In this document: in pieces, positions 49,291 to 63,609 of the stretch
How positions within the stretch are numbered: position 1 is the first letter of the stretch
Layout: each line of letters starts with the position of its first letter
Assembly: GCF_037042905.1 (NCBI RefSeq)
Contig: NC_087245.1
Span: forward strand, 24,678,001-24,742,000
Direction: 5' to 3'
From: Lytechinus pictus
Lineage: Eukaryota
DNA: 64,000 nt
Translations under genes and position numbers: made by a program
Notes under the pieces: model-generated
Seen by the model: the letters and a program-made list of their open reading frames with translations, nothing else
Told to the model about the DNA's origin: nothing
The model's database searches: none

Positions 49291-52229
49291 AGATAATACA
49301 ACAGAAGATCGAATTGCAACGGAAATCCGTTTGATAAAATAACTTTATCTTCTATTTTATCCATTTGCTAACAAATAATTGGGATTGCACAAAGATATCT
49401 CTGTTCTTTTTCCTCGGAAGTTGACATATTTTGAATTTTTGTATGTGTCGTCTTCCCGAGAATGATATTTCAAATGCAAAATAAGTTCCTGAGAGTGACG
49501 TCATTCTTCCTTTCTTAACGGGTTCACTGATCCGTAGCATTTCGTACAGACATGGATGGGGTGAAACTTCGGTGAATTCTGATGTCATACAATCTCAAGA
49601 TATAGAAAATAATTAAAATTAGCAAATAAAAACTAGAATGCCTTACTTTTTCACTGAGTGAATGATATTATTCATTAAAAATACTTAACATTGTGAATTC
49701 CATGACGTCATCGTACGGGCTTTGACCGAGACGGTTTGCGAATGCTCCAGCGGGTTGCGAGGTTAGAAAAAAGAGGATTCTTTGATAGGAAAGTGATGAA
49801 AGATTTACATATATTTTTTCACATATGGACGTGCCGTATAAAGAAGCAATTACTATCAGTTCTTAAAATATTCTAGCTTCCCCATATAGACTTGACACAA
49901 AATGAAATTGAATTGAATTCGTGTTTGGGCAAATGCCAGTGAGAAGAGTTTTCACTCATGAACATGTATGACGTTTTGACATATTCAATATTCAAGCATG
50001 GTGTATGAAGTACAGGGGCATGGAGGGCACGCCCCCCCCCCCCCCCCATTGGCTGACATGAAATGGGGGTAAGGCAAGAAAAGGGTGTAAAAGAAAGAGA
50101 AACATTGTCATGATTGTGTGAAAGGGATTTTGAAAAAAAGTATGTCTTTGAAGCAAATTAACAAAGAAATGCAATATCCCCGGACTTAAAGAATATGACA
50201 GAATAGACTCGTTTTTTTTTCGAGTGATGTGATGCTGCTTAGGTAGGTATATCGTGCATTTTGATAGTATTAATGTAGAACATACATCGCTCGTTTGTAA
50301 GATTATAATTCAAAGGAAAATTAATGCGACAAGAATAGTGAAAATATATCGATAATCTAGGGTGTGAATAAAGTTTATACTGTTTTCTTTTCAGTAAGGT
50401 ATGTTTGAAAAGGCGCTTCGAACGTGTCGACATTTTGTTTTACACATATTACTTTTGCTTAAGCAAATGCACATATTTTGTGTATTTTATTTGTCAATTT
50501 ATTTTCGATGATTCCAATTCCCAATAATAAGCCAATGTGTTTCAGTATCAAATAACCTCCGAGCAGTAACGTGTAATCATCCGTTGCAATATAAGTTTTA
50601 GACTGTCGATGTGACAGACCATAAAAATTCCAGCAATTATAGCTGGTTATTCATCCGATTGATATAAAATCTATCGAAGACGTACAAATAAAATAAGTTA
50701 ACCTAATTCACGTTAACCTTTATTTGCATACCTGATTCTCTGCGTTAAATTGTAATATATAACAGTATAATATAAAGAGTAGAAGGACTTTCGAATGAAT
50801 CTAACCTCCAAGTTATTGTGAATACCAGCTATTTGATATTTTTAGTCTTGAAGTGACTGTTTGAAAGATAGATAATCACCCCTAATCAGGGAAATGGCGA
50901 TTGATTGATCTTTAGTACATGGTAGTTAACTTTATCTCATTTTCTTAATGCTTCTGGGTATATTTTGGATTGAAGCATTTCTGTTTCCTCTTCAATTTTT
51001 ACTATCTTTGACTGAATATTATGCAGAGCAACTGCAATTTTCGTAAACTCGTCCTAACAATCACAAGGCAAAGCTACTTACAGCCTACCATCCGAAGGCT
51101 AGTTAGAAAAGACATGGATGGTGGTTAGTGCTATGAAAGATTAACTAAGGTGATGAAAGGGGAAGTCACTCAAACGAAAAGTACATTTGAATGGAATACA
51201 GAAAAAAACATACAAAACACTGAAAATTTCATGAAAATAGGATGGCGCCTATTTGTATATTTTTATTGTTATTATTTTAATTATTATCATCATCATTTTG
51301 TAAGGCATATTTAAATAAATTGAATAAAAGGGAATATAACAATGAGTGCCATGTGGGTTAGGGTTCACAAAAGACAGTCAAAGAGAAGTTCTTCCCTGTT
51401 GTCTGATAGGTATGAACCCGCACATGCCACTCTAGACGATAAAATTTCATGTTGCACCATAATCACGGTCGCCCTTCAGGACACCGTCACATAAACATGA
51501 TACATGTTTGCGATGGATTCGAATTATGAAAGCACCATTCTGTTTAGTTCCGTTGAACAAGGTGCCCATGCAAAAACGATTTGTTGATTGGCTGTTTCCA
51601 TTTAGTGATTGATTGTAAAGCATTGTGAGCCATGGGCGAGAGTAGGATTAGCTTGAGTCTATTATACTTGGGTTCAAATCAGGCTCTTTTCTCCATGCAA
51701 ATCTTCATTTTTTTCGAGTAGTATTCCAATGTTAAGAAATGCATTTAATCCTATGGGGAGGTAAGTAAACGTAGACTAATACTGGGACAATAGTCTTTCT
51801 ACCAATCCAATGCGCATGCTTTCAGGCACTGAAGCAAAACTAACTTTATTTTCCTTGGATTTAAGATTTCTTGGATTTTATTTCTTCTATACAATTCATT
51901 TTAGCCAAGGAATGTAAGATTTGTACCGAGGACCCTATTATATGCCTTTACACTCATTGAGTATGAGGGAGAAAAAAAGGTTGTCAGAAGGTTGTTCGTA
52001 TGTTTGTTTATCTGTTTGTTTGTTAGACTTAGAATATGTTCAAAATAGGAAAATATATGCATAGAAATATACATGGATGTATGTAATAAACTTGATGCAG
52101 TCATGCAACTTCTTACACATGGTATATGAGGACCACGGTTTGAATTCAACGTATTTATCACAGAGTAATCTAATGAACTTTTGTTTTTTTTTCTCCAATA
52201 ATAACTAAATCCTGCATGTGAATGACTTG

Positions 52230-52585
52230 ATATTAGCCAAAATGATAATTAGACTAAGTGGAAATTAGCCGAAGTGGAAATTAGACCAAGTGGTGTTAGA
52301 CCAACTGGAAATTAGACTTAATGGTTTTAACCCAACTGCTCATTAGACGAATTGGATATTAGACCAAGTGGGAATTAGACGAATTGGATATTAGACCAAG
52401 TGGAAATTAGCCCAACTGGTTATTAGCCCAAATGGAGATTAGACGAATTGGATATTAGACCAAGTGGGAATTAGACGAATTGGATATTAGACGAACTGGT
52501 TGTAGACGAAATGAGTTTAGACTATGTGAAGTTGGACGAGCTGATAAGTAGACCATGTGGTATTAGACCATCCGATAATTCACCA
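52230..52585. repeat. 15-16-bp ATTAGACCAAGTGG minisatellite, probably transposon-derived
   Basis: About 20 degenerate tandem copies. Confidence 0.8.
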
Positions 52586-52667
52586 GCTGTATCACCTCGT
52601 TGAGCACTAATCATCCCTTGACATTGGAAATTGAAGATACTTTACTTTTTAGAAATGCCTCTGTTAA

Positions 52668-53734
52668 AGGGCAAGTCTACCCCCAACAGAAGTTAATATG
52701 AATGAAAACAGAAAAATCAAAGAAACCATTATACTTTTAAAAAAAATCATCAAAATTAAATAGGATGTAAGATACGGTCGGTATATAAATCAAGGAACTG
52801 ATAACTTTACTCATTCATGAATTCTTTTGTATTTTTTATATTACATTTTTTATATTACATAAAATGTTAAATTTCTTAATTTTCCTTCTCATTTGATATG
52901 TGAAACAAGTGCAGTTTGATTCCGCCTTAACCGTAAAAGGACTGGGCTATTTGAGATGTATTATGGACCGGGGGGGGGGGGGCATGATGGCCCCCTTCTG
53001 ATCTCAGCCGCCGTTCGCGCGATCGCGCCGAAATTTTGCACGCACATTGTTTACCACATAAACTACAAGCTAGAATTAAAAAATTCTGAAAATAATTATT
53101 TTGTATTTATTATGAATGAAATATGCAAATTTATTCATGAAAACATTATTTGCATATTTAACACCAAATTTATCATTATGTATTTTTTTGTTTTTTCATA
53201 TTTTGTTTTTCATTGTTTTTTTTCAATGGAAATTATTTCAGACCATTAACAAACTAAATAAAACACTAAATTAATTAAGCAGACCAATTAGAACGAAAAT
53301 TAATCACCCTTTTATGAATTTCATCTCCCATAGACTTTGTATAACAATGAGCAATTTTCGGCATGACACTGTCTCGTAAAAAGTCATGTGACGTCGCGAT
53401 GCTATACCTGTATGTCGCGAAATTGGTCTCAAATGTTGCGCGAGACTTCATGAAATTTTGCGGCGCTATCTTTTTGGGTTTCAGAAATATCGCGCGAAGC
53501 GTCGAGGGGGGCCATCATGCCCCCACCCAGTTCTTTTAAGGTTAAATATGTAACATTACCATGTTTCCATCCTATTTTCATTCACAGAAGATGATTCATT
53601 ATTGTATAATCTACATGAAATATTTACATAAATGTTTTAAGCGAAAATTCAAATTATCATAACTTTAACGTTATACTTATTTGATTTTGTTTTTATTTAT
53701 TCAAACCCACTTTTTGTTGGGGTGGACTTACTCT
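52668..53734. mobile_element. Kolobok-like non-autonomous element (TTAA flanks) containing a nested TTAACC-ended element at 52927-53545
   Basis: ttaa|AGGGCAAGTCTACCCC ... GGGGTGGACTTACTCT|ttaa; nested TIRs TTAACCGTAAAAGGACTGGG/CCCAGTTCTTTTAAGGTTAA. Confidence 0.7.
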
Positions 53735-56105
53735 TTAAGTTCTGATGAATTTACCTAAAAGTGGTCCATTGAATGAACGTGTATGTCCTAAATTAAAACC
53801 CGGATATAAAAATAGATGATGCTGATGCTGCTACATGTCTAAAATTACTTTTTTATGGGGGATGTCACAAAGCCGAAAGGTGAACTAAAACATGATCCGT
53901 GGATTATCCCCCCCCCCCCTTTCCTGAATAACCCTGAGATTCCACTTATTCTTATGTAGTGAAATTGGTTCTTAACCTCTAAGCGGGACCTCTATTTAAT
54001 GTCCTATCCGATGGATGCATGGTGATTTCCATCCCAGCATATATCACATGTGTCTTTAAATATTAAAGGGAGGGACTCGGCAACGCGCGCTTCAGTCATC
54101 CACCCGCGGCATGGGTAGCCTCGAACCCACGAACTCACTTCATACTTCTCCCACAAGGCCACAAGTATCGCCACCGTCACCACCTCCGCCATGTATTTCC
54201 TCGAATTTCCTTTCTATTTTCTGGAGTGGACCCTTCGATTTTTCTTTGTCTAGGCCTATCAAGCGTTCCAATCTCATTTCAGTTTTTTAAACACTGGTCA
54301 GCCCACTGTCTGGATAAACTTGGCTCATCAACTCCAATCAAATTTGATATAATACTTTGCGGAGAAAGCTTCAAATTGAGATTTCCTCGTTATGATTTAG
54401 ATCATGAACTTGGAAAACAACAAAGAACCACATAAATATCCCAAAGAAAAAAAAATCACCCGTATTCCTCAAATGGAAGTCATCTTTGAATATGTTTCGA
54501 ATAAGATTCACCTTCACGCTTTCAATGCTCATATAAATACGTGTTATTAATTTGTACATATATATGTAATCAATATCCATCTTTTTTTTAATCCATTAAA
54601 ACTTTGTTTTTTTAATGAAAAGACAGGTAGGTGCATGTACTGACCTACTGATCAATTGTTTTAACCGAAGAGTCATGGCAAACCTATTCAGGAGGGGCAA
54701 AACAATTCTGAAAAGAAGAAAAAAAAGAAAAAGAGGCGGGGTCACAAAAACTTTGGATAACGTTTTCCCGCAAAGCTACAGAACGGGTGGTCTTTAAAAT
54801 TATGTCGGGGGGGGGGGCACTCTAGTAGTCACATGAGCTCAACAAAAATTCGAAAGAAACATGTTCCAAGATTTATAAAGCTATAGTGCTTCATGTAGTG
54901 ATTTTTTTTTTCAAATTGAGATTATTGGGGTCTTCGAAGGTGGAAGGAACACCAAATCGATTATCTTATCTATTCATCCGATCTTTAATCTAGAACTTCC
55001 TATACACAGTAAAAAAAATATCACTCTAATAATTTAAACATCGTTTTTACATAGTAGTCACAAATTCCCATCCGTGGAGATGTCTTTACTTTGAATTGAC
55101 TGATTGATAAAAATAAGCCTAAGCCACGAATAATGATCAACCAAATATTTACATTGATTTTCTAAATTAGAATCTTGATGCATCATCTTCATAATGCATA
55201 TTTCTAACTAAAATGGGAACCAATATTTACGGTTATCAATGAATATAATTGAATTGTGCTTTTAACCAGACGAGCGTAATTATACTCATGAGGCTATTCA
55301 GTTGTTTGCGTAGCTTCATGCCCACCGGGTGTCTATTCAAAACAATAATTTTGCCTGACAGCTGAGGAGCTCACAATCCAGCGGTTATTAATCTACTTTG
55401 AAAAATACACGAAAACACCCTTGATAACTACTTTTTTTTCGTTGGATGACAATAATAACTGATAACAGACGATAGATAAAATGATTTCTGAAACCTTTTA
55501 ATGAAATATTCAAAAACTTCTTTCAGATTGCCGTCGCCAATCCACCCCCTTACAAGTTTGTCGAACTTTTGTCCCCGTCTGAATGTGATCGAAAACCACA
55601 AAAACCACTTTGAGCACACCATAATACAAGAACCATAACCACGGGCGCACGCGAAACGATCGAACTTACGGTCGAGTCATTATTACGCGCTATGACTGTT
55701 TAGCGGGACAAATAGCACCCGAAGCAGACGATATTTAGTACAAATGAAATGAGCAACACCGTCCCACTTCACATCACTGACAGATTGTCAATGCAGCGGG
55801 AGGCTTGAACTCTGTACAAATTGTTACTTTACCACCCTGCAGCTGGCAAGGAATTTATGCACCTTTTTTCTCAAGATGATCCACATTTCTCGAGGAAGAT
55901 ATTGATCTCTTTTCATAAATTTACGGAAAAAGCACCTTTCATCATAATTTGTTGGTGTTTTGTGAGAGAGGGATCATATTACTTCACGATTATTAAGGGT
56001 GAAAGTGTGACGGATATTACGCGGACAGGTGTAATCATTATTGACCAAAGTTCAAGATGAGATTTGTTTTGTGGAATGTAATTAATCTGTTTGTGATCTG
56101 GTCAA

Positions 56106-56143
56106 ATGGAGGAGTACTTTCCAATGGAACACGTAAATTCAAG
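56106..56143 (+). other. Possible first exon end of a downstream gene
   Basis: Consensus donor AAG|GTGAGT after ATG-GAG-GAG-TAC..., preceded by a CpG-containing non-repetitive stretch near 55640; no partner exon found. Confidence 0.2.
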
Positions 56144-58431
56144 GTGAGTTCGATTTGACTTTTGCCGCGGGGTTAGTTTCTTTGCTTTGTTTCAATTGTC
56201 ATCACGAACTCTTCAAGATGAAAAGTAGGCCATCCACCGTACTGACTTCCAAGGGAAAGTGGTCTTTTGTTGTGATTTGATTTCACATCGTGTGTTGATG
56301 TTAATTATTCTAGTTGTTCCATAATGACATCGTGTTTAAGAGTATTCATAAAGGTCTTATTTTTATTGCATTTTTAAATACATTCTCCAGCTTACAGGAT
56401 GATCCAGAAAGCTTAAAAAGGTAACCTACTTTGAAATTGTCTTGTTTTTATTTGCAATTTCAAATTTATCCTTCTTTAGTATGATTTTTCCTTCACGAGA
56501 GTTTATATAGAAACAACCATTATTTTGCAAAGCAGTATACCGATTATATGGATTGAAAAAGCATGCATGGGGATATGTGATTAATATATGATCTTAAATT
56601 ACAGAATCTCCAGCATCCAGCTGCATTATTTCTTGTAATGTAGTGTGTAGCCTTGTGCTTTTGGAAACTTCGTTTCGGGTTATCCTTGAGAAAAATCAAC
56701 TACTCGTTCTAATCGAATTTCCGAACGTTCAAACTGGATTATCTTTAATCCATAAACACAGAGTTTATCGCTTGGGGTTTCTAAATCTTATGCTTATTGT
56801 GTTGTATTCCAACCGGGTGCATGGTCTGGAAACGGTCGTCAATAGATATTCATTCTGAACTCTATTTTTCGCTGATTGAAATCATTGAATAAAGACGCAT
56901 GGGAAATCTGCTCTGAATCGAGTTCAATTCTTCTCCAAATCGTCTGATGATTATTCTTGCTATATACACGCATAATAGAGAAGAGTTTTTGCAGTTTTTG
57001 CTGACCTTCTTTTTTTTTCTCATAAACTGTTTAGTCTTCTGTTCTTCCTCTCCCTCCTCTTAACATTCCCCTTCTTATGCTGTAGAGTTTTCATATATAG
57101 TCATTGGCGTACTGATGGGAGGGGGACTTTGGGCCATGGACATGCCGAAAAAAGGAATCAAAGGCACGACAAAGAAAAAAAGAATGTGAAATGTAAAACT
57201 AGCTTGCTCGCAGCCTATATTTTTTTTCAATTTTTTCAAAGAAATTCTGTCCAATTTGCCATGCATGGTCCCCTCAGAATTTGTTAGCTTATTAAATCCC
57301 TGCATAGAGTAACGACATTTAATTTATATGTTGAGAATATTTTTGTTCTAATTATTGGAGGCTTACCACAGGCGCAGATCCAGGGGCCAAGCGGTGAGCC
57401 TCTTGTCTCTTGCCCTCTCACTCTTCCGACCCATTTTTTCGTATGTCATTAATTAAGTGCCCCTCCCATTGGTAAATCCTGGATCCGCATCGGTGGATAG
57501 CCCTCCTCCCTTCCAGGTTCATTTATAATGATTGGTCGGTTATACCAGAGAAATAGCAGCGTTATGTTGTTAACACCCCCCCCCCACAAAAAACCCTACT
57601 TCTGTACCGAGTAGAGACTGCCATTAATGAGATAATCGAGGCACGGATCTCTTGTTAGAAACCCCGATGGGAACAGGGAACTTCATATACGTCTCATTAT
57701 ACAATAATGTATTGTAAAGTGTCATCGACCTGTGCCATGTTCAATCCATTATCCTTGTAATCGTTGCCAAACGAATCGGTATCTTCTTTAAATGGTTTCA
57801 GATTCGCTGCTTTATTTTGAAGTTTTAGATGGTGTCACAGTCACTGTCACTGTCTGTATCATACCTTCGCTTCATCATCCCAAAGGAACTGGGACACGTT
57901 CCATCATGGAGGTGAAAGAGTTTCGTTTGACTAAATAAAAACAAATAGAAATAATCAAGTGCAATCAAGTTCCAAATACGCGCTATTAATATTGGCTGAT
58001 AATCAAGCTGCTTTTGATTGTATTTTTCCGCACCAGACCCTGGTAATATATTCCAAGGATTTTTCCGGTTCCCAATCGAGTTTTCAAAGTGTCATGTTAC
58101 GATACTAAAACAAATATTTCTTTTTAAAATTCGCATTTTTGTTGTAAACAGCAGTGACAATTTTTATTTCGTATCTTGTAAAGATTTGGAAAACAAAAAT
58201 ATTTTGAAACGAATCGAAAAAAAAATCGGGGAGGATAATTGAGAAGGGAGTTTTCCAAAGATGAAAGAAATGAAGGATTTCTTTGGCAAAAGTGGCCCAA
58301 TTATCGCCCCTATAAAAATACAAACAAAAGGAAAGGAACAAATGTCATCACCGCAAATATTGTTGTATTTTACCTTTAAAAATGTGAAAAGCACACACAC
58401 ACACACACAAAAAAAAAGTTGTTCACTTGTA

Positions 58432-58581
58432 CAGAAGCGGATCTAGAGGGGGGTGGGGGGGGGTTGCAACCCCCCCCCCCCCCCCCCAAAAAAAAAAAAA
58501 ATCCGGGGACCATTTTTTTTAATCTTATCTTTTTTTTTAAACTTGTAATTTTATTTTATTCTATTTCTATGTATTTATTTC

Positions 58582-58615
<34 letters not shown>

Positions 58616-59003
58616 TCTTTTTGGGGGAGGGGGGGGGTTGGGCGAACAAATGTCGCAGAGTCCCTTGCCCCCCCCCCCCCCCATCAGCTTATTCCAAGGT
58701 CCCCAATTCTTTGTATCTGTGTTGTTAACTGGCCTTACATTGCAGGAAAATGCAACTTAATTTTACAAATTTTCATGGGGGTTAATTTGGCAACGACCTC
58801 TATACCAAAAAGAGTGGTGTTTTAGATGCAAGAAAACGCCATTTTCACACACAGATTTTCAAAAATTTTCCCTACTGTGGGAGGGGGGACACCCCCCTCC
58901 CACACCCTCCCCCCTCGCTCGCTCCGCTCGCTTGGACTCGGTCGCTACGCTCCCTCGCATACCACCCCAACCCCCCCTTTATAAAAAGCTGGATCCGCCC
59001 CTG
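58432..59003. mobile_element. CAGGGGCGGATC-family MITE (inverted, longer copy), 5-bp TSD TTGTA
   Basis: ttgta|CAGAAGCGGATCTAG ... CTGGATCCGCCCCTG|ttgta. Confidence 0.85.
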
Positions 59004-59043
59004 TTGTAGTAGCAATATGGTTTACCTTGGACACAGGGCTGGA

Positions 59044-59166
59044 GCGGATAGCAGCGACAGCAGGCTTTGTAATACCTCGGATGTTATCTCGTAGAATCTT
59101 GCGATGGCACTTGGCACCCTCGGAAAGGGTGGTGCCAAACGATTTCTTGAAGTCCTGGGCAATCTC
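59044..59166. pseudogene. Scrambled histone H4/H3 fragments
   Basis: Minus 59118-59059 GAKCHRKILRDNIRGITKPA (H4-like); plus 59119-59141 LGKGGAK(R) (H4 tail); minus 59166-59146 EIAQDFK (H3). Confidence 0.8.
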
Positions 59167-60422
59167 CCCCAGGCGTACCCTTCAAGAAGTTACACGTTGG
59201 TGGATCGAGCCCCCCCCCCCCCCCCTTAATCCAACCCTCCCTCTGGATCTGTCACTGGTCATGTCACTGAAGTTCAATCACAACACTGCTTCCTACATCT
59301 TGATATGGCGGCCTGAGTAACATTTACATGTACCTCGAGCCATTTACTTTTGATCATATCTGAAGAAACAGAAAAGATCAGAGACAATGAAATATTTTGT
59401 TGTATCAACTCGAGGATATACGTCTGATTGTCACTATCCTTTTAGTCATTCATCTTGTTTTCGTATCACCTCTAGATAATAGGTATCTTCGGGATTGGGA
59501 GGAAGTGTCCTTTATGAGGCCATTGAAGTTTTCTTGGCAAGTGGTTAGGCGGAAGTTCAAGGAGGTTTCAATGATGATTGCTGGAGGAACATATCCGATT
59601 TCAATTTCGAATGCCACCCCCCCCCCCCTCTCGAAGTAATTAATTTAGAAAAGATTCAAAATTAAATTAGATATAAGGCTTTGGAAAATAGGTTGCGCAA
59701 GAATTTAATTTTTCACTATGACCATTTAGATACCAACTTCTATCTCAGTGGCGTACAGATGGGGGGCTTGGGGCTCTTGCCCCCTCCCCGAAAAAATGAA
59801 AAGTTCACGACCAAGAAAAAATAGAGATAAGGAAAGAAAAGGAAAGAGAGAAGGGTGAAATATGATACTATTTTTTGTATATTATGTCAAATCTATCACA
59901 AATTGGATTTTCGAAATAAAAATCTGAAAATGTCGAAATTTTGCTCGCTCGCTCGCTTCGCTCAGTCGCAACATTTTTAAAATAAATGTTGCCTGATACG
60001 CCATATCTTGCCCCCTCAATGTTCTTTTGTCTCATTACGCCACTGCTATAGCAAAAGTAATACCTGAATACCGCGTATAAGTGATTATGGTAATTATGCT
60101 ATAATTGCATTATGATGATAGATATTTTTTTTTTCCTTTGTGTCACCTAGTTCAAATGTTATTAATAGTTTTTTTAATGAGTGAATATTCATTAAATGAT
60201 GATTTCTAAAGGGTTGTAGAAATCCTTTGTAACCCAATAACCTGATTACAGTTCGAAATTATTTCAAATAAAGTGTATTGCAGAAATTGTCAAAACGTTC
60301 ATTTGTAAGAAAATTGTGTTGATTAAAACGTTTGCTTGCATGATTCAACTCACTATTTTTTCACTGAACAATGAAAAGGTTCCTCTGTTGGTTTTGTTTT
60401 CATGTATTAAAGAAATACCACC

Positions 60423-60500
60423 GGACACTATGGGTTAGTGGTAGAGCACCCGTCAATTGAACGGGAAGTCGTGGGTTCGATGCCTTACCGACATGACCGA
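60423..60500 (+). mobile_element. Degenerate tRNA-derived SINE head
   Basis: TGGGTTAGTGGTAGAGC A-box-like and GGTTCGATGCC B-box-like motifs. Confidence 0.45.
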
Positions 60501-63025
60501 GTATCTAATACGTAAGAAAAATATGATCTCTTCCTTCTCGCTTTGCACTCAATATAGTTTACAGCAACATATTGTGTAATTCAGGACCCATTTGTAGAGC
60601 CGTTTGTTAACTAAAGTTACTGGTGGGTAAAAAAAAACCACTGTTTAAAAGTTTAAACCCATCACTATATATCAATAGGTTGTTTAAACTTTATTGAAGT
60701 TGTTTAATCTTTTATTGATAACTTGTTTAAAACTTTCAACACCTTTAAACAGCGTTTAACCATGTTTACAGTGAACGTTATTATGCTTTCTCGTTTGCAA
60801 GTACTATTGTGATCTTGTTAAGAATTTGATCGTCACATGAGGGGGAGGGGCGAGTCGGTCTTAGACTTTTTTGTTTTCTGTTATTGAAAAAAAAGTGGAT
60901 TGATGCCTTGCTAGAGGACGGTTGGACGCGATGTGATTCGAACACATGAGAATACATCAAAACTTTTTTTTTTAATCATTAACTTGCTCGTTTTTCATGG
61001 ATGACTAGGAAAGAGTTTGGGAAAGATGGGGCTGAGTAGGTATGACGTTGGTCTATGGTGAGTGGCTGAAGGGGGAGGGGGTGGATATATCGCTAATAGG
61101 GCATTTTAGCAATCACTACGCAGACGTTTTCTATAAGGCAGATAATCTTTTGCCAAAAGCCCTTCATAATAAAGCAGCCTTTGTCGAAAATCGGTGAATC
61201 AAAACAGAAGTGTCGCCCTGGATCCTGGCCAAACGACACAATTATTTGCAATTTTTGTCCGGTTCGAATCTTGAGACAATGTACTCTCCCGGTCCACCAA
61301 CTTTCGACAATGACCTCTAATCTTTCCATTGTGATTTTACGGGTATTTTCAATAGATTCTAAACGTTGCAAAAAGTGTCTGCGAAGTGATGCTTAATACG
61401 CTATTTATTTTAAAAACAGACTTACCTGAAGGTTAGAAGAAAAAAATCTTAAAAATCATCCCATCCTTGCTTGCCCGCACACGTGCACTCTCTACACTCC
61501 CTTGGTATTTTAGCATTACAGCCATGCACAGTAAAAACGCTGTTTAAGATTTTATACAACGCTGTTTACTATAATGAGCCTTACATTATGTGTTTAACCG
61601 TTTAAACAATCATGTTTGATTTATTGAAAATTTGATATTGAAAATTAAACTTTGTTGCTTAAGATTTAAACACTTGTTTAAACTGTTTAAACAATTACTG
61701 TAATGTTCATATATTAAACAGCGTTGTATAATATATTTTTTTACTGTATGCATATCCTACAAAGTATACATTGAGCACCTGGGTAGAGAGTGGAATAGTG
61801 GGGACTGATGCCTACCTGTAAGGACGCTATAGGCCACAATGAGATCGAACACAAGATAATACAGCAAATATATTTTTTTTAACTTCATTAACGCAGTGAT
61901 TTTAGATGGATGAATTCAAAAGAGCTTGGATAAAATGGGGGTAGAAGAGGCACGACGTTGGTGTATATGGTGAGTGGATGAAGGGGAGTGGATGCATCGC
62001 TAATTTTGGACAAACAGACTCAACTTCCGTAAAATATACTTTCTCTAATATCCGTTTAGTCTGGGGCCTGGAGCGTTTAAGATTGACAGCTTTCAAATAG
62101 TCTGGACATCACCAGAGAGTGAAAAGTATTCTTCCCAACTAAATAACAACATTTTTATCAAACGATGCGTATATATGCGATGCAAATTTTTGATAATTAT
62201 GGTTATGTGCGAAACAGGAAGTCGACGCCCTTACCTACATGGATGGTCATCAGAGCAATATGAGGACAAAAAAAAAATGATTTGTAATCCAACATTAATA
62301 GGACCGAGTAGCCATCAACACCTCAAATATTGCTAAGCGAAAACTATCAACATTACCGATTTCAAGAATTTAAATTCACGTACCAACATGACCAATATGC
62401 CGATTGTTTTTGTAATTTGATTTTGGCACGATCTTCAATTTGATAATGTGAATCCGAGTATCCTTAAGGGGTTGGTTTAAGATCATAGCCTCTCTAATCT
62501 TTTAGACATTTTTAGAAATAACAATTTCATAACAGTTTACTCACCGCATTATAAATTGTTTGCTTGTAGAGGATTTCTTAACCGCGTTTCAAAAATCGAT
62601 AGGATTTTTTAAGAGAAAGAGAGTGTAGATTTAAAATGTTCAAGAACTCTCGTGAATAAAATCTCACTTCATTCTTTTTCCAGAATAATCACGAGTATTT
62701 GCTCAGCGCTGTTTGTGAAAACATGGCGTACAGGCGGATGAGCACAAAAATGACTTATTTGAAATCGAAATCTAATACTATGACCTTAGGCTTTCATTTA
62801 TTTTGTTTTCATATCAAGAACTACTATAGTTCTAATACTATACCACTATGCTATTAGTTCTACTCCTACATACTACTTTATTTACATCTCAGGATTACTT
62901 GCGATAAGTTGACAAATATTTATGTAATTGATTTGAAAGAAATGTCTACAAATTAGATAAATAGTTACATAATTTTACGCAGTATGAATACAAATCTACC
63001 ACACCAAAACACATAATTATGTTAA

Positions 63026-63609
63026 AGGAGAATGAAACTCTTGGAGCAAGTTAACTTTTGTGAAAGCAGAAAAATCAAAGAATAAGATCGACAAAAGTTT
63101 GAGTAAAATAGGACTAGAAATAGAAGAGTTATGAGCATTTGAATGTCGAGATCACTAATGCTATGGAGATCCTCCCATTGGCAATGCGACCAAGATCTAT
63201 GATGTCACAGATGAACAACTCTCCCCTTTTGGACACTGAAAATATACCCCAAAACATCTCTTTTTGCTCATTCTAATCATATGACAAACGATTCATCAAT
63301 GATATAATGTTGTGAAACCTCTGTACTTGTCCTCTCATAAAGAGAACACCTCACCTTGTGACAGACTCTATAAAAGTGAGAATATAAGTGAAATATGTAC
63401 TAAAGTAATGAGGGAGTTGTACGTGTGTGACATCACAGATCTTGGTCGCATTGCCAATGGGAGGATCTACATGGCATTAGTGATATCAATATTCAAATGC
63501 TCATAACTTTCTTGTTATTCATTCAATCTTACTCAAACTTTCAACAATATGTTTCTTTGATTTTTCTCTTTGATATGGATTCAGCTGGTTTCAAGGGTTT
63601 CATTCTCCT
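63026..63609. mobile_element. Kolobok-like palindromic MITE, TTAA TSD
   Basis: ttaa|AGGAGAATGAAAC ... GTTTCATTCTCCT|ttaa with about 190-bp inverted arms. Confidence 0.85.

Noticed and set aside
54139..54192. Minus-strand ATG...GAA|GTGAGT possible exon (MAEVVTVAILVALWEKYE)
   Set aside because: No partner exons or homology recognisable
61420..61450. Minus-strand polypyrimidine-CAG|GTAAGT resembling a recursive splice site
   Set aside because: No minus-strand host gene can be supported in this window
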